A DNA stretch of 64,000 nucleotides from Nitrosopumilus sp. (GTDB taxonomy: Archaea > Thermoproteota > Nitrososphaeria > Nitrososphaerales > Nitrosopumilaceae): NCBI GenBank assembly GCA_965218695.1, contig OZ244651.1, positions 800,001-864,000 on the forward strand, given 5' to 3'. The translations under genes were made by a program, and so were the position numbers. Under the pieces are notes generated by a model. That model was not told where the DNA came from. It made no database searches and saw only the letters and a program-made list of their open reading frames with translations. Of the stretch, positions 41,301 through 52,223 are shown one piece after another. Each line of letters opens with the position of its first letter. Within the stretch, counting starts at the first letter, position 1.

Positions 41301-41597
41301 CAACAACCGGATCCGACATCATGGAATGGTTTGCAAAGTTTGTCTGTCGCATGACCGCACCACACACGGGATTACGGGCGGAGGCGTACGTGCTGCTTTG
41401 TCATCTTTGCAGCCTTTGGGGTCGTGAGTCTCATGCCGGGTTGCCAAACGGCGTCCAGTCTTAAGCAGGAACAAATCCCATAATAGACGGGTACGCAGAA
41501 CAGACCAGAACGCGGCGCCTGCATGCACATCCATGTCGTCTCCAAAACTGGGCAGGGTTGTTTTCAGAATCCGCATGCACTGACATATTGAATACGC

Positions 41598-41933
41598 ATG
41601 TGCCATCAAAAGACAGTTATAGAAACCTGCATAGTCCCATTCATGCCACTTACAAACAGCGTCATTGCAAAACTCAACGAGATAACATCCCTGGTCGAGG
41701 ACAAGTCACACCTGTCGGATACGGAGATAGACGAGATAAAGGCCATCTTCAGGGAATTGGTGAAAAACGGGGAGATGTACAATGTTGACGAGATTGAGTT
41801 TTGGTTTGAAAACGAGGGCAGCTGGACTTCAAGGGCATCCAGGGTGCGGATAACAAACATATCCAGTTATGTCCAGGACAAGTTTCAGCAGACGGCACAC
41901 CTGAGAATGATTGACGACGGGTGCGGATGCTAG
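41598..41933 (+). CDS. conserved hypothetical protein
   Basis: Host-like ORF ending DDGCGC; start possibly at MPLTNS. Confidence 0.7.
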   Translation: MCHQKTVIETCIVPFMPLTNSVIAKLNEITSLVEDKSHLSDTEIDEIKAIFRELVKNGEMYNVDEIEFWFENEGSWTSRASRVRITNISSYVQDKFQQTAHLRMIDDGCGC

Positions 41934-42154
41934 TCCTCAAGCCGTTCCAAGAGACGCCGGATTATTCCCGCATTCTCCCCGCGCTCATCAGATATTGAAT
42001 CCATCCTGACCCGGTCACTGCCTCCGGCCAAAACAATCTCAAGGTATTCCCTGTCAAGGTCACTGTTTGCCTGCAGCCTTTGGACTATCTCGAAGAGGAT
42101 CCCGATTACCTGCTTTTGCGCCTCGATTAACTCATCTTTGTCTCTTTCTGACAT
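41930..42154 (-). CDS. hypothetical protein
   Basis: 74-aa helical ORF overlapping the 3' end of the HD gene. Confidence 0.7.
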   Translation of the reverse strand: MSERDKDELIEAQKQVIGILFEIVQRLQANSDLDREYLEIVLAGGSDRVRMDSISDERGENAGIIRRLLERLED

Positions 42155-42681
42155 GACTCCTCAATGCCTGCAAGCAGTCGGCTTAGCATGGGGTTCGTGA
42201 TTCCTGATCTTGCAGACTCGAAGAACGGCTCTAGATCCCTCTCGGAGTATCCGTCACCACGATACACCATTGCCTGGAGAGCCATCTCCAGTTTGTCAAT
42301 CTGGTGCACGATTCGTGACTCTGCTGAAGCGTTTTTCAGATACTCCTGCCAGATCTCCCTGTACTCGGATCCCACCTCATCTGGCAGATCTTGGATAATT
42401 TTCTCAAACTCTGCATTCTCCAGCATGCTCTTTTCATCCCTGCTGGCACTGCCCGGCGTGATGTCTCCAATCCTGGACTCGGCCAGATCATGCAGCAGAA
42501 TCATTTTAAGAACACGCTCAGAATCAAGGCCTTCCAGTTTGGATACTACCATGCCCATCACGGCCATCGAGTATGAATGATCTGCAACGGACTCTGCATA
42601 CGGCATGAACAGTCTTTCAACCCAGCCCCGCCGCCGAATCTTTTTGAGATGGGCAGCTGTTCTGAAAAAATCCAAGATCAT
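42127..42681 (-). CDS. HD-domain phosphohydrolase (HDDC2/YfbR-like)
   Basis: RRGW, ESVADHSY, LLHDLAE..GDITP and DKLEM motifs. Confidence 0.92.
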   Translation of the reverse strand: MILDFFRTAAHLKKIRRRGWVERLFMPYAESVADHSYSMAVMGMVVSKLEGLDSERVLKMILLHDLAESRIGDITPGSASRDEKSMLENAEFEKIIQDLPDEVGSEYREIWQEYLKNASAESRIVHQIDKLEMALQAMVYRGDGYSERDLEPFFESARSGITNPMLSRLLAGIEESCQKETKMS

Positions 42682-42810
42682 GCATCAGTGATCACACGCA
42701 TTCCTAATGAGTTTTTTCTTGGCATGGCAGAATCTCCAGGCATCCTTGTTGTTGCCAGTCAGCAGGTTTTGCAGAAGAGCCAACTGGAAAACGATGTCCA
42801 ATGCTGGGTA

Positions 42811-43884
42811 TCATCTGAAGAAGAAGTTTGTAATCTTCTTCAGGGGGTTTCTGGTATAGGTCTCGTCAAACCTAGTCGGTATCGTATACGTCGGTTTCTC
42901 GACGATTATTCCCTGCGGCCGGTACAGCAGTATTACAATCAGGATTATGCCAAGCAGCAGGAAGTCAAGCCATATTACATCAAACGGAAGGAATCCCTCA
43001 AACGAGCCCTTGAAGAATATGATGGTCTTTCTCAGGGTCACGAATATCAGCGTGCCCAACAGGACGCCCTTGTTGTTGGCAAGTCCGCCAATCAGTATCA
43101 TGAGGAACGGCCAGAATGTCCAGCTGGCCCTGTCGTATGCAAAGGCAATCGTTCCGCCCACGTAAAACGCGTACAGTGCACCGCCGATTGCAGCAAGTGC
43201 GGCAGATATCATGATGACCTTCATCCGCACGTGTGTGGTGTTCTTGCCAAGCGATTCGGCGGCATTTTCGTTGTCGCGCACGGCCCGAAGCAGCCGTCCA
43301 AGAGGGGAACGGACCATCTTTTCGCTGTAAATGTACACCACGATTGCAATCGCCACAAGCCCTAGCGTGGCAGCTGTAAACCGGAACTCATCCGGCAGGA
43401 ACGACAACGGATCCGGAATCTGGACTCCAAGGGTTCCGCCCACCAGCGGAGTGTAGTTGTTTCCAACCAATCGTATGGCCTCACCAAATGCAAGCAGGGT
43501 GATGGCAAGATAGTCGCCCCGCAGCTTTACTGCAGGGTATGACGTAAGTATTCCCATGACCCCGCCTACGACGGCTGCAATCCCCAACGTCAAAAAGAAT
43601 ACTGCAAAGCCTATCCCCACGTTGTCCACCAGCCATACATTAATCTGCGGGACCATCATCAGGTTATTGGTAATAAAGTCACCCTCCACTCCTGCCAGGT
43701 CTGCAAGCAACCGCCCTGGAATCGATGCGGCAACAAATGCCCCTGCGGCCACTGCCAGCACCTTTCCAAAGTTTGGAATGCCCCCATACCCAAACTCCAT
43801 GTTCAGACTGAGGTTGATGATCGCATAAACTGCAAACAATGCAAGCAGATCGATTATGAATACAAACTCAGACCCGAACGCCAA
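42811..43884 (-). CDS. livM: branched-chain amino acid ABC transporter permease
   Basis: LRGDYLAITLLAFGE, SPLGRLLRAVRDNE and YRPQGI motifs. Confidence 0.92.
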   Translation of the reverse strand: MAFGSEFVFIIDLLALFAVYAIINLSLNMEFGYGGIPNFGKVLAVAAGAFVAASIPGRLLADLAGVEGDFITNNLMMVPQINVWLVDNVGIGFAVFFLTLGIAAVVGGVMGILTSYPAVKLRGDYLAITLLAFGEAIRLVGNNYTPLVGGTLGVQIPDPLSFLPDEFRFTAATLGLVAIAIVVYIYSEKMVRSPLGRLLRAVRDNENAAESLGKNTTHVRMKVIMISAALAAIGGALYAFYVGGTIAFAYDRASWTFWPFLMILIGGLANNKGVLLGTLIFVTLRKTIIFFKGSFEGFLPFDVIWLDFLLLGIILIVILLYRPQGIIVEKPTYTIPTRFDETYTRNPLKKITNFFFR

Positions 43885-44797
43885 TTCTCCTCAACAACCC
43901 TGGCCAGTTTACGCCTGCAAGCCCATTGGGCGCAACGAATAGCGTAACTACAATAAACACAAGAGGCACAAGCGGACGGTATGCAATGAGCCACGGCCCA
44001 AACTCGCCTGCAAGAATCCGGGTTCCAAGCACCTCGGTGATTCCTATGAGGAATCCCCCTGCAATCGCCCCATAAATGCTCATGAATCCGCCCACTATGC
44101 TTGCAGCAAATATGCTTGGCAGTATCAGGGGTCCGAAGTTCGGATCACCCTGAAACCACATCGCCATGAACACTCCTGCTATTCCTGCAAAACCGCCGCC
44201 CATCAGCCAGGATATTGTGTATATGGTCTTGACGTTGATTCCCACCGTGCCTGCAAGATTAGGATTCTCAGTTGCAGCCCGCATGGCAATGCCGAACTTT
44301 GTCATGCGCATCATGACGTGCAGTCCTATTCCAAGGGCCGCAATGCCTACCGGGGCAGCGACCACTATCAGGGGCAGTCCGCCAATATCTATATCATAAC
44401 TGCGCAGCGTGAACTCTCTGGATGAGACATGATACGTCCGGACAATAAAGTCGGCTACTATGTTGATGGCGGCTATGAGTACCAGATCAAATGCGAGGGT
44501 TGCTATCATCAGGATGGTGGATGGCGCCCGTTTCCGAATTAGGGGCTTGAGAATGATAAGGTACAGTCCCATGGCTATAACTCCAGAGGCTACAAACGCA
44601 ACAGGGATCACTACGTATGGGCTTACACCCCAGATGTGGTTTCCCACCAGTGCCACGTATATGCCGACGGTTGCAAACGACGCATGCGCAAAGTTTGGGA
44701 CTCTGGTTGTAATATAGGTAAGCGTAAGACCGATGCTCAGGAATGCAAGCAGGGATGCAAGAATTATTGCATCCGAGTATATTGGATCCAATGCCAT
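43868..44797 (-). CDS. livH: branched-chain amino acid ABC transporter permease
   Basis: GLTLTY..NFAH, TKFGIAMRA and GINV motifs. Confidence 0.92.
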   Translation of the reverse strand: MALDPIYSDAIILASLLAFLSIGLTLTYITTRVPNFAHASFATVGIYVALVGNHIWGVSPYVVIPVAFVASGVIAMGLYLIILKPLIRKRAPSTILMIATLAFDLVLIAAINIVADFIVRTYHVSSREFTLRSYDIDIGGLPLIVVAAPVGIAALGIGLHVMMRMTKFGIAMRAATENPNLAGTVGINVKTIYTISWLMGGGFAGIAGVFMAMWFQGDPNFGPLILPSIFAASIVGGFMSIYGAIAGGFLIGITEVLGTRILAGEFGPWLIAYRPLVPLVFIVVTLFVAPNGLAGVNWPGLLRRIGVRV

Positions 44798-45347
44798 TAT
44801 GGATTACCCGCCTGTCTGAAATCCGGCATTTGTGTATCTGCCAGCATCGTTAATTTCATTCCAGCGTCAGACAGACGGCTAATCAAAGATTTTGCTCGGA
44901 TCGGCGTTTGTAGAATTCCGAGACCAGTATACGGCTTACTGAACATCATACCTACTACAGATCCACATACCAATAATACTTTCTCATGCAGAATGTATTC
45001 TACGAGTTACTTTCTGCACAGATGTCTCCTGATTATCTAGGTCAGGCGATCGGTGTGTACTATTACCGCTGTGCCGTTCAGTTAACCGGGATCAGTGGAG
45101 CAGATTCCGCTAGTTATTGCCATCCACATCGCGTATCCTGCACTGCAGCCTTTCGGTTGTACCCATCTCTTCTCGTCTTCTTCCTTTTTTCATTGAAATC
45201 ATGTCTTAAACAGGATCGGTGCTCCGAACCATTTCGGGTGCCTGACGTCTCTGATCCTTTCCTGTTGACGGTTTTTTGACGGGGTTTGGAGCAAGTCAAA
45301 TGGTTACCATGCGTTTTATGGTATCAGGAGTCATGGTAAGAATAGGA

Positions 45348-45421
45348 TGCCGGGGGCGGGATTTGAACGCGCGACGGCCCGGTCTTCAGCCGAGTGCTCT
45401 CCCAGGCTGAGCTACCCCGGC
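45348..45421 (-). tRNA. tRNA-Phe(GAA)
   Basis: Reverse complement reads GCCGGGGTAGCTCAGCCTGGGAGAGC-ACTCGG-CTGAAGA-CCGGG...GTTCAAAT..CCCCGGCA. Confidence 0.95.
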
Positions 45422-45449
45422 ACTAAAAAAAGGACACTCAGTTGATGAA

Positions 45450-46001
45450 TTAAATCTTGCTTTTGTGGCCTGTCCACACGATATCCTTTACGCCTCTTCG
45501 TTTGTTGACTAGGCGGCCTGTCACAAAGAGCAGATCCGAGAGCCGGTTCAGGTATGCAGTACAGTTCGGGTTAATTCCCGTCTCCTGGCCCAGCTGGACT
45601 GTTAGAATCTCGGCTCTTCTTGTAACGGTTCTTGCATGATGCAGATAGGCTGCTGCAGGTTCTCCCCCAGGCAGAATAAAGTTTGCAAGTGGAGGCAGTT
45701 CTGACTCAAAACGGTCAATGTGGGATTCTAATCTGCAAACCATGTCATGCGATACCCTATTTTTTGTATCATCAGGATTTGGGTTGGAGAGATCCGCACC
45801 CACTACAAAGAGATCGTTTTGGATCTCGCGTATGACATTTCTTAGATCCCTGTCAATCGGGCTTGCTAGGATTACTCCAAGTATGGCATTTGTCTCATCC
45901 ACTGCCCCATATGCAGCTATTCTCGGATTGGATTTGGATACCCTGAGGCCCCCCTGAAGGCCGGTATCCCCACCATCGCCAGTTCGGGTGTAGATCTTCA
46001 T
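45450..46001 (-). CDS. pduO: ATP:cob(I)alamin adenosyltransferase, PduO type
   Basis: KIYTRTGDGG, AYGAVDE, FILPGG, RTVTRRAE and YLNRLSD motifs. Confidence 0.95.
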   Translation of the reverse strand: MKIYTRTGDGGDTGLQGGLRVSKSNPRIAAYGAVDETNAILGVILASPIDRDLRNVIREIQNDLFVVGADLSNPNPDDTKNRVSHDMVCRLESHIDRFESELPPLANFILPGGEPAAAYLHHARTVTRRAEILTVQLGQETGINPNCTAYLNRLSDLLFVTGRLVNKRRGVKDIVWTGHKSKI

Positions 46002-46299
46002 GGATATTCAAGATCGTTGTTAATTATTATGTCATTCGAGGATCGCCTGCGTTGTGTGTATCATAGTTTGCTCCTACCGGCGTTCGGAAGCGAAGCGATC
46101 TTACATCCCCAAGCCATGTCCAACGCCATCACTACCAGAAAAAACAGCCGACATGATCAGGTCTGGAGGCAAGTGTATGGAGGTAGTCCATGTGGGTAGA
46201 AAGTCTGCATCTGGCCTGGACATGATTTTTGCCGGTGACTTGTATGAACCAAGTTCATTCTATGAATCATATTGAATGCAGGGCATGCAACTAGGATTC

Positions 46300-49125
46300 C
46301 TAGTTGCGGCGGCTTATCCTTTTGCGGACCGTGTGGACTGCCAGGATTGGTCCTGCCACGTATACTCCTCCAATGGCTGCAATCGAGAGCATGCCAAAGA
46401 CCAGCACGGATACCTCAGAGCCTGGGTCTGCAAGCGTCATGATGTTCATGGTGTACAGTCCCGGCGTGATTAATGCCAGTACGGCATCCCTGAATAGCGG
46501 GTTCTCCCTTTCAAGGTCTGCAATTGCAGGCGAGAAGGAGTAGTACACCTGGTTGAATCCTGTCATGAACGACGTTCCGGATGCAGTGGAGAGCAGTGTG
46601 TTGTCCCTGATTTCACGGAGGAACTGTACCTGTGGCGCAAGCTCACTGCCGTATGTGGCAGTCGCGATCAGGCATCCGCCATCAGGTTGAACATCATCAT
46701 CGTCATCGTCTACCATCACCTTCTCCTCGTCGTCTACCATCACGGTATCCTCAAGCGTTATGGAGTCGGTTGCCGAAAAGTACACGCCCCTTAGAATCCA
46801 CTGGTTATCCACGATGTGCCAGACGTCGTAATTGGTCTGGGCTAGATCACCTGCGGCGTTAAGCTTTGTAGAGCCAAGTGCGCCGATGTGCTCATCTGCG
46901 ATTACTGGTATTGCAGCGGTAAGTGCATCAACGTCGGTGCCCTGCGTCTGTTCTATGGCAAGCCCTACCAGCCACACCGCGTCATAGGTGGAACTTGCAT
47001 AGGTGCTTGGCTCCCTGCCGAGTACGTCATTGACTCCGGATGCCACGCGGTCGCTAAACTCGTTCTTGCCGGATGCGACCTGGACTGCAGAGAATTCGGT
47101 ATCACGAGCAAACGTTGACGCTATTGGATCCTCCACCAGTGCGGGATCCCTAGAGTGCGGGTCTGCGCCGAACCACTGCACCTGCGGGAGTATCTCATAG
47201 CTGGAGGCTGACTGCATGAAGAGCTCAATCTCGCCAAAGCCCATGAACAGCACGCCAACATTGTCGGTACTGCCAGTCTGGTCCACTGCGGACCGAACTT
47301 GGTCTGCGATTAGGGATGCGGATACTGAGAATTCGGCTATTTCAGGGTTGTAGCCAAGGCCTTCAGTCACCTCTCCTCCTATGTTGGTAAATGCGGCTCT
47401 TGCGGATTTTGCAAGTTCGGAGCCCCATGTGTCCTCACGCCATACCGGAATCGCAACATCGATTCCTGCATCGGCCATGAGTCGTGCCAAGACCACTCCC
47501 TGGTTGGTGTCGTCAGGGGACATCCTGAATATGCGGTCACCCTCTATGGCAAGGAGCGGCGACGTGGAACAGCAGCTGACTACGACCATTGCGTTGTTGT
47601 CAACGTATCCCTTGATGTTCTGCAGGTTTCCACTGGAGTATGGGCCTACCATCACGTCGATGCTCCTTGCATGCAGTGCCTGCACCTTTTCAAGTGCCAC
47701 TGCCGGCTGGGTCTGGGAGTCCTCGATGGACATCACAAGTGACCATTCTGCCCCCTTGTCTGCCAGGTATTGGTTAAAGTCAATTATTGCAATCTTTGCC
47801 GCCTCGCGGTTCTCCTCTCCGTGGTTGGAGGCATCGCCGCTGATTGGCTGGAGCAGTCCTATGCCGATCTCGCCGGAGAGTGTCTGCTCCATGGCCACAG
47901 GCTCGACTGAGTCGGTCAGGGCAAAGTACACGCCGAGCTGCTTCCACTGGCCGTCTGAAACCGTCCATACGTCATAGTTTACCTGGGCCAGGTCTCCGTG
48001 CTCGTTGAGTTCTGTAGAGCCAAGTGCGCCCATGTGCTCTGCTGCCACCTCTGGGAATACCGCAGTCAGCTGGGTGACGTCGGTGCTTTGTATGCGCTCC
48101 ATGGAGAGACCCAAGAGCCAGATTGCATCATACGCAGAACTTGCATACGTCCTGGGGGTCCTGCCAATGGCCTCCTCGACTGCCTCCTCGACGAGCTTGC
48201 TCTGGGCGTTCTTGCCTGACGCTACCTGGAGCGTCGTGAATTCGGTAGTGGTGGCAAATTCTAACGTGATTGGGTCGTCTATGATGACGGTATCCTTGGT
48301 GACGGCATCGGCACCGAACCACTTGACATCATCAAGGATGTCATGGGATGCTGCGGACTGGAATAGAATCTGTGTCTCGCCGAATCCAAAGCTTGCGACG
48401 GCGACCTTGTCTGCGCCATGCTCGTCTACGTATCCCTGTACTATCTCTGCCAGAACGGACGCCTCGCTTGAAAAGTCGCTGGCCTCTGGGCTGTATGGTA
48501 TTCCCTCATGGACTGTTCCTCCTACGGCGGGGAATGCATCACGTATGGCACGCTCCAGTCCCACGCCCCATGCCTCGTCCCTCCATATGGGAACGATCAC
48601 GTCGATTCCCGCGTCCTGGAGGAGGCGGACCAGCGCGACTGCCTGGTTGGAGTCGTCAGGGGCCAGTCGGAATATGCTGTCACCCCCGGTTGCAAGTAGC
48701 GGCGATGTGGAGGAGGGGCTGATTATCATTATGTTGTTAGCGTCGACATACCCCTTGATGTTCTGGATGTTGCCGCTGGACTGCGGGCCTATCACGTGCT
48801 GGATGCCCTTGGCATAGAGTCCCTGCACCTTTTCAAGCGTCACTGTGGGCTGGGTCTGGGAGTCCTCGGAGACTACCGAGAGTGACCAGCCTGCGTCCTT
48901 GTCTGCAAGGTACTGGTTAAAGTGTTCCACTGCAAGCTCGTATCCGATCTTGTTCTCCTCTCCGGATCTGGCCAGCTTGCCCGTGAGCGGTATGATTGAG
49001 CCGATCTCGATCTCGCCGGACAACTCAGCATATGCATATGTAGAAAATCCACCAACACCTACTATGCTGGTTATAACAACACTCAGTGTTACATATAATT
49101 TAAAATTCACACTAAAATAAGACAT
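46300..49125 (-). CDS. tandem double LivJ-type substrate-binding protein with CFI-box-CTERM-like tail
   Basis: Two consecutive PBP1 units, each starting LSGEI.IG; GGCLIATATYGSE tail and TM helix. Start placed at MSYFSV because the ORF-track start lies inside the adjacent IS. Confidence 0.88.
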   Translation of the reverse strand: MSYFSVNFKLYVTLSVVITSIVGVGGFSTYAYAELSGEIEIGSIIPLTGKLARSGEENKIGYELAVEHFNQYLADKDAGWSLSVVSEDSQTQPTVTLEKVQGLYAKGIQHVIGPQSSGNIQNIKGYVDANNIMIISPSSTSPLLATGGDSIFRLAPDDSNQAVALVRLLQDAGIDVIVPIWRDEAWGVGLERAIRDAFPAVGGTVHEGIPYSPEASDFSSEASVLAEIVQGYVDEHGADKVAVASFGFGETQILFQSAASHDILDDVKWFGADAVTKDTVIIDDPITLEFATTTEFTTLQVASGKNAQSKLVEEAVEEAIGRTPRTYASSAYDAIWLLGLSMERIQSTDVTQLTAVFPEVAAEHMGALGSTELNEHGDLAQVNYDVWTVSDGQWKQLGVYFALTDSVEPVAMEQTLSGEIGIGLLQPISGDASNHGEENREAAKIAIIDFNQYLADKGAEWSLVMSIEDSQTQPAVALEKVQALHARSIDVMVGPYSSGNLQNIKGYVDNNAMVVVSCCSTSPLLAIEGDRIFRMSPDDTNQGVVLARLMADAGIDVAIPVWREDTWGSELAKSARAAFTNIGGEVTEGLGYNPEIAEFSVSASLIADQVRSAVDQTGSTDNVGVLFMGFGEIELFMQSASSYEILPQVQWFGADPHSRDPALVEDPIASTFARDTEFSAVQVASGKNEFSDRVASGVNDVLGREPSTYASSTYDAVWLVGLAIEQTQGTDVDALTAAIPVIADEHIGALGSTKLNAAGDLAQTNYDVWHIVDNQWILRGVYFSATDSITLEDTVMVDDEEKVMVDDDDDDVQPDGGCLIATATYGSELAPQVQFLREIRDNTLLSTASGTSFMTGFNQVYYSFSPAIADLERENPLFRDAVLALITPGLYTMNIMTLADPGSEVSVLVFGMLSIAAIGGVYVAGPILAVHTVRKRISRRN

Positions 49126-49152
49126 ACACGAGTTTATAAGAATTTCTAAAAT

Positions 49153-50364
49153 GGGGGGGTGTCCTAGAGACATATACTCTAGGATGACAAAAGATATGGA
49201 TCGACAGATCACGGCATCGTCTAATGACTACAAAGAAACGCGATCAACGACAGTACGATTTGGTTCAGCAGTACCTGTCAGGCATCATGCTGAATGCCGT
49301 GTTGGGAATAATCAAAGAGCTTGGGGATCCATACGCCGTCAAGCCCGGCCTGGGCGGCATGACGGCATACCCGCCTAGTGCCATGGCAGCTGTCTGCATC
49401 ATGCTTGAGGCGCAACGCACGACCTACCGCAAGATGGTCGGCATTCTTCGGTGCAACGGCGCCATGGCAGCCAAGATGAGCTTGGACAGGATCCCCTCCA
49501 AGAGCACGATAGCACGCGCCTACGGCCTGATCCCGGAGTGGTACCTGGCAGAGGTACACCGGATCGTCATCCGGGAGGTAGAAGCAGGTTCCCTGGCAGG
49601 AGACAGCACCGGGTACTCGTACCTGCGATTTGTCAGGTGGTTTGATGTCAGGACCGGCGGTTTTCGTGCTCGGAAGGGATGGGTCAAACTGCACGCAATC
49701 GTGGACATCCGCACCAGAGTGATAATCGACTGCATGGTGACTGACGGCGCGGTTGCAGACATAAACGGGCTGTACGCGATGCTAGGCAGGCTCGGCCTGA
49801 GCACGGGCAGCTTTTGCCTAGATTCTGCGTACCTGGCCAGGGTCATGTGCGACATGATATCTGCAATGGGAATGGTGCCCCGCATCAAGCCAAGTCCAAT
49901 ACCATACGCAACGCCAGGGGAAGCCAGTCCAGGTGCGAGATGGTCGACTTGTACATGGATGACAGGGACAGGTTTGATTCGGAATACCACCAGCACAGCG
50001 TCATCAGGGCAGTCTTTGCCGCCCTCAAGAGGATGTACGGGGGCTGCACACTGTGCCGCATACCGGACAACAGGGTAAAAGAGATCTCGATCCGTGCCAT
50101 GTGCTGCAACTTCGGCTCGCAGCCGGATCGCAGGCAAAAGACGGCAGACTCATACGGGATCAAATCGCAACTCTCGTGGCATGACGGGTGCGTCTTGCAC
50201 CGTGCCGTTCCTAGCAGAGCCTGCGCACCATGTATTGGATTTGAGGGACTCTATTGCCTGCAGTCATTAGGTAGTACGGCATTATCTGGTGCGCGTGAAT
50301 TGAGATCCATTGTCCTTGTGTCTTGGCATGTGGAATGGCGTTTTTTATTACTAGTACACACCCC
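49153..50364 (+). mobile_element. IS4/IS5-superfamily (DDE_Tnp_1) element with frameshifted transposase (49224 to about 50150)
   Basis: AGDSTG, WVKLH and CLDSAY motifs; frame change near 49890 (RIKP/KSN..YHQHSVI); imperfect TIR GGGG(G/T)GTGT(C/A)CTAG; AAAAT on both flanks. Confidence 0.8.
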
Positions 50365-50407
50365 AAAATTACACATCAAATATAAGGAATTTCAGAATGG
50401 GTAAATC

Positions 50408-50554
50408 ATGCCAGTGGATCCCGTGTGCGGAATTGAGCTAGACGAGGATCTTGCATTGCTGCACGAGCATGACGGGACAAAGTTTTACTTTTGCTGCAAC
50501 GGATGCAGGCGTATATTTATCAAAAAACCGCGCAAGTATAGAAACAACGTCTAG
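50408..50554 (+). CDS. YHS/TRASH-domain metal-binding protein (48 aa)
   Basis: Manual translation gives MPVDPVCGIEL...KFYFCCNGCRRIFIKKPRKY. Confidence 0.9.
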   Translation: MPVDPVCGIELDEDLALLHEHDGTKFYFCCNGCRRIFIKKPRKYRNNV

Positions 50555-51495
50555 ACTGGAAATGCGCCGCACATCCTGCAGAATCTGGAATCCCTGACTG
50601 CGCATCCGCAGTATGGGCACGCGCCGTCTGGAACACGTGCAGGCGGCCCAAAATGTCTCTTGAAGATCTCATAGTAGTACATTGACTCGCTACTCCTGAT
50701 GATGATGCCGTCTTTCTCCTGTACTGCCTGCCTCTTTCTGGCAAACTCGCTCCGGTCAATGACTGACTCGAACAGGCCCGTCAGGCCTGCGGTTCCGGAT
50801 CCGTCCTGCATTGGAGACTTGGGCCTCCATGCAATTCTGGGCGGGATAAACCCCTCAAACGTCTTGCGCAGTATCCATTTTCCATGTCTCTCCCTGCCAC
50901 TGCCTCTGACCTTCAAGTCGGTTGGAATCTTGTGTGCAAGATCCTGCACCGCCATGTCCAGAAACGGCGATTCTATGCTTATTCCCAGTGCGTCTCCAAT
51001 CTTCTGTGTGGGAAAATGCATCACAGAGCAGACCCTTTTGATCTCCTCTTCGAGATCCCCCGGGGGTTTGTTGATGAGAAACCTGTATCCTGCAAACAGC
51101 TCGTCGGCACCATCGCCTGTGATGATAGACTCCTCCCCGTTCTCTCTTGCCCATCTTACTGCCAGATACATGACTACGCTGTTTCGAATCTCTATGTCGT
51201 TGAAGTTTCCCAGAATCCTGATAGTCTCCCCGACGGCCTCGAGGATTTCAGCCGTACCTGCCGTGTATATTGACAGGGGCATCTTCATCTTTCCTGCCGC
51301 CATCTGGCAGTATGTCAGGTCAGTCGAGACAAAGTCCTCTGCAATGACTGCCACCCCCCTTGGCCTTCGTTGTCTTGACAGGTATGCGATGATGGTGCTG
51401 TCAAGCCCCCCTGACAGCGAGATCAGGTTCGACTTGCAGGATGCGCAGGACTCTTCAAGAACCCTGTATAGCCTGCCGGATATTTCGTCTGTCAT
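50551..51495 (-). CDS. asparagine synthase C-terminal domain protein
   Basis: SLSGGLDS, TGDGADELFAGY, PFLD and KWILR motifs; C-terminal zinc ribbon; no glutaminase domain. Confidence 0.9.
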   Translation of the reverse strand: MTDEISGRLYRVLEESCASCKSNLISLSGGLDSTIIAYLSRQRRPRGVAVIAEDFVSTDLTYCQMAAGKMKMPLSIYTAGTAEILEAVGETIRILGNFNDIEIRNSVVMYLAVRWARENGEESIITGDGADELFAGYRFLINKPPGDLEEEIKRVCSVMHFPTQKIGDALGISIESPFLDMAVQDLAHKIPTDLKVRGSGRERHGKWILRKTFEGFIPPRIAWRPKSPMQDGSGTAGLTGLFESVIDRSEFARKRQAVQEKDGIIIRSSESMYYYEIFKRHFGPPARVPDGACPYCGCAVRDSRFCRMCGAFPV

Positions 51496-51831
51496 CTGGC
51501 TGTGTGTATCTTGAGACTCTACAATATTCGTTTAGATCTGCACTGACGCAAAAAAGTTTATGCAGGGCTGAACCGGCCACGCCGAAGACTGCAGATCCTA
51601 CGACCCTTTGCAGCAATGTCGGTTAAACAAGATGGGATGAACTCGAGGGCGTACAAAAAAGGAATCAGGATACGTGCAGGAATGCCTGCAGCAGCATGTC
51701 TGGGCTGCCCGTGTTAATTGACCGTTTTTCTAAATTGGTAAAAATACGCCATAATGCAGATTCAGGGCGCGTTCAATGCCTGAAGATTGATCAGAGCATG
51801 CATAGTTTGGATCATTAGCATTTAGAACGAA

Positions 51832-52090
51832 GTGCCACGGGACTACCCCGTGGGCACGCTGGCAGATACGAACAGAAACGTCCAAACCCGGGGCGCCTCG
51901 GGGCCGAGCCTGCATCTGCTGCAAAGGGAGATCGAGGATCTCAGGCGCAAAAACGCGCGGCCGGAAGGATCAATCGCGCGCGAGCGCAGCCTGCAGAAGA
52001 ACAGGGACGGCGCGTTGGGCGGAGATGCCGGCGGGAATGAGGCGCTGCACTGGATCGAGGTTTTTGATGAAATAATTAGCGGCAAGGCCA
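51832..52090 (+). pseudogene. possible remnant of an IS5-family transposase N-terminus
   Basis: GC-rich coiled coil LQREIEDLRRKN...HW..FDEII loosely resembles the 5' part of the 30157 transposase. Confidence 0.35.
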
Positions 52091-52223
52091 AGATCTGCCA
52101 TGCTTGTAGGTGTGGTTTCAAGATGACAACCGACGCTTGCGTGCAGCCCCTGTGGAAAAATAAGATAATCTCTTTGTCGTTCACGATGCGCAAGACGGTT
52201 TCAAGTGTACTGGGAGATAGAAA

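Noticed and set aside
45348-45421. tRNA-Phe as an integration site, or as a pseudogene because of a C-C mismatch in the T-stem
   Set aside because: No direct repeat or integrase was seen, and the rest of the cloverleaf is canonical.
49126-49212. Extended N-termini given by the ORF track (this binding protein; also rpoK to 54298 and pyrG from 55355)
   Set aside because: The extensions run into an IS end, a neighbouring gene or promoter DNA, so downstream starts are more plausible.
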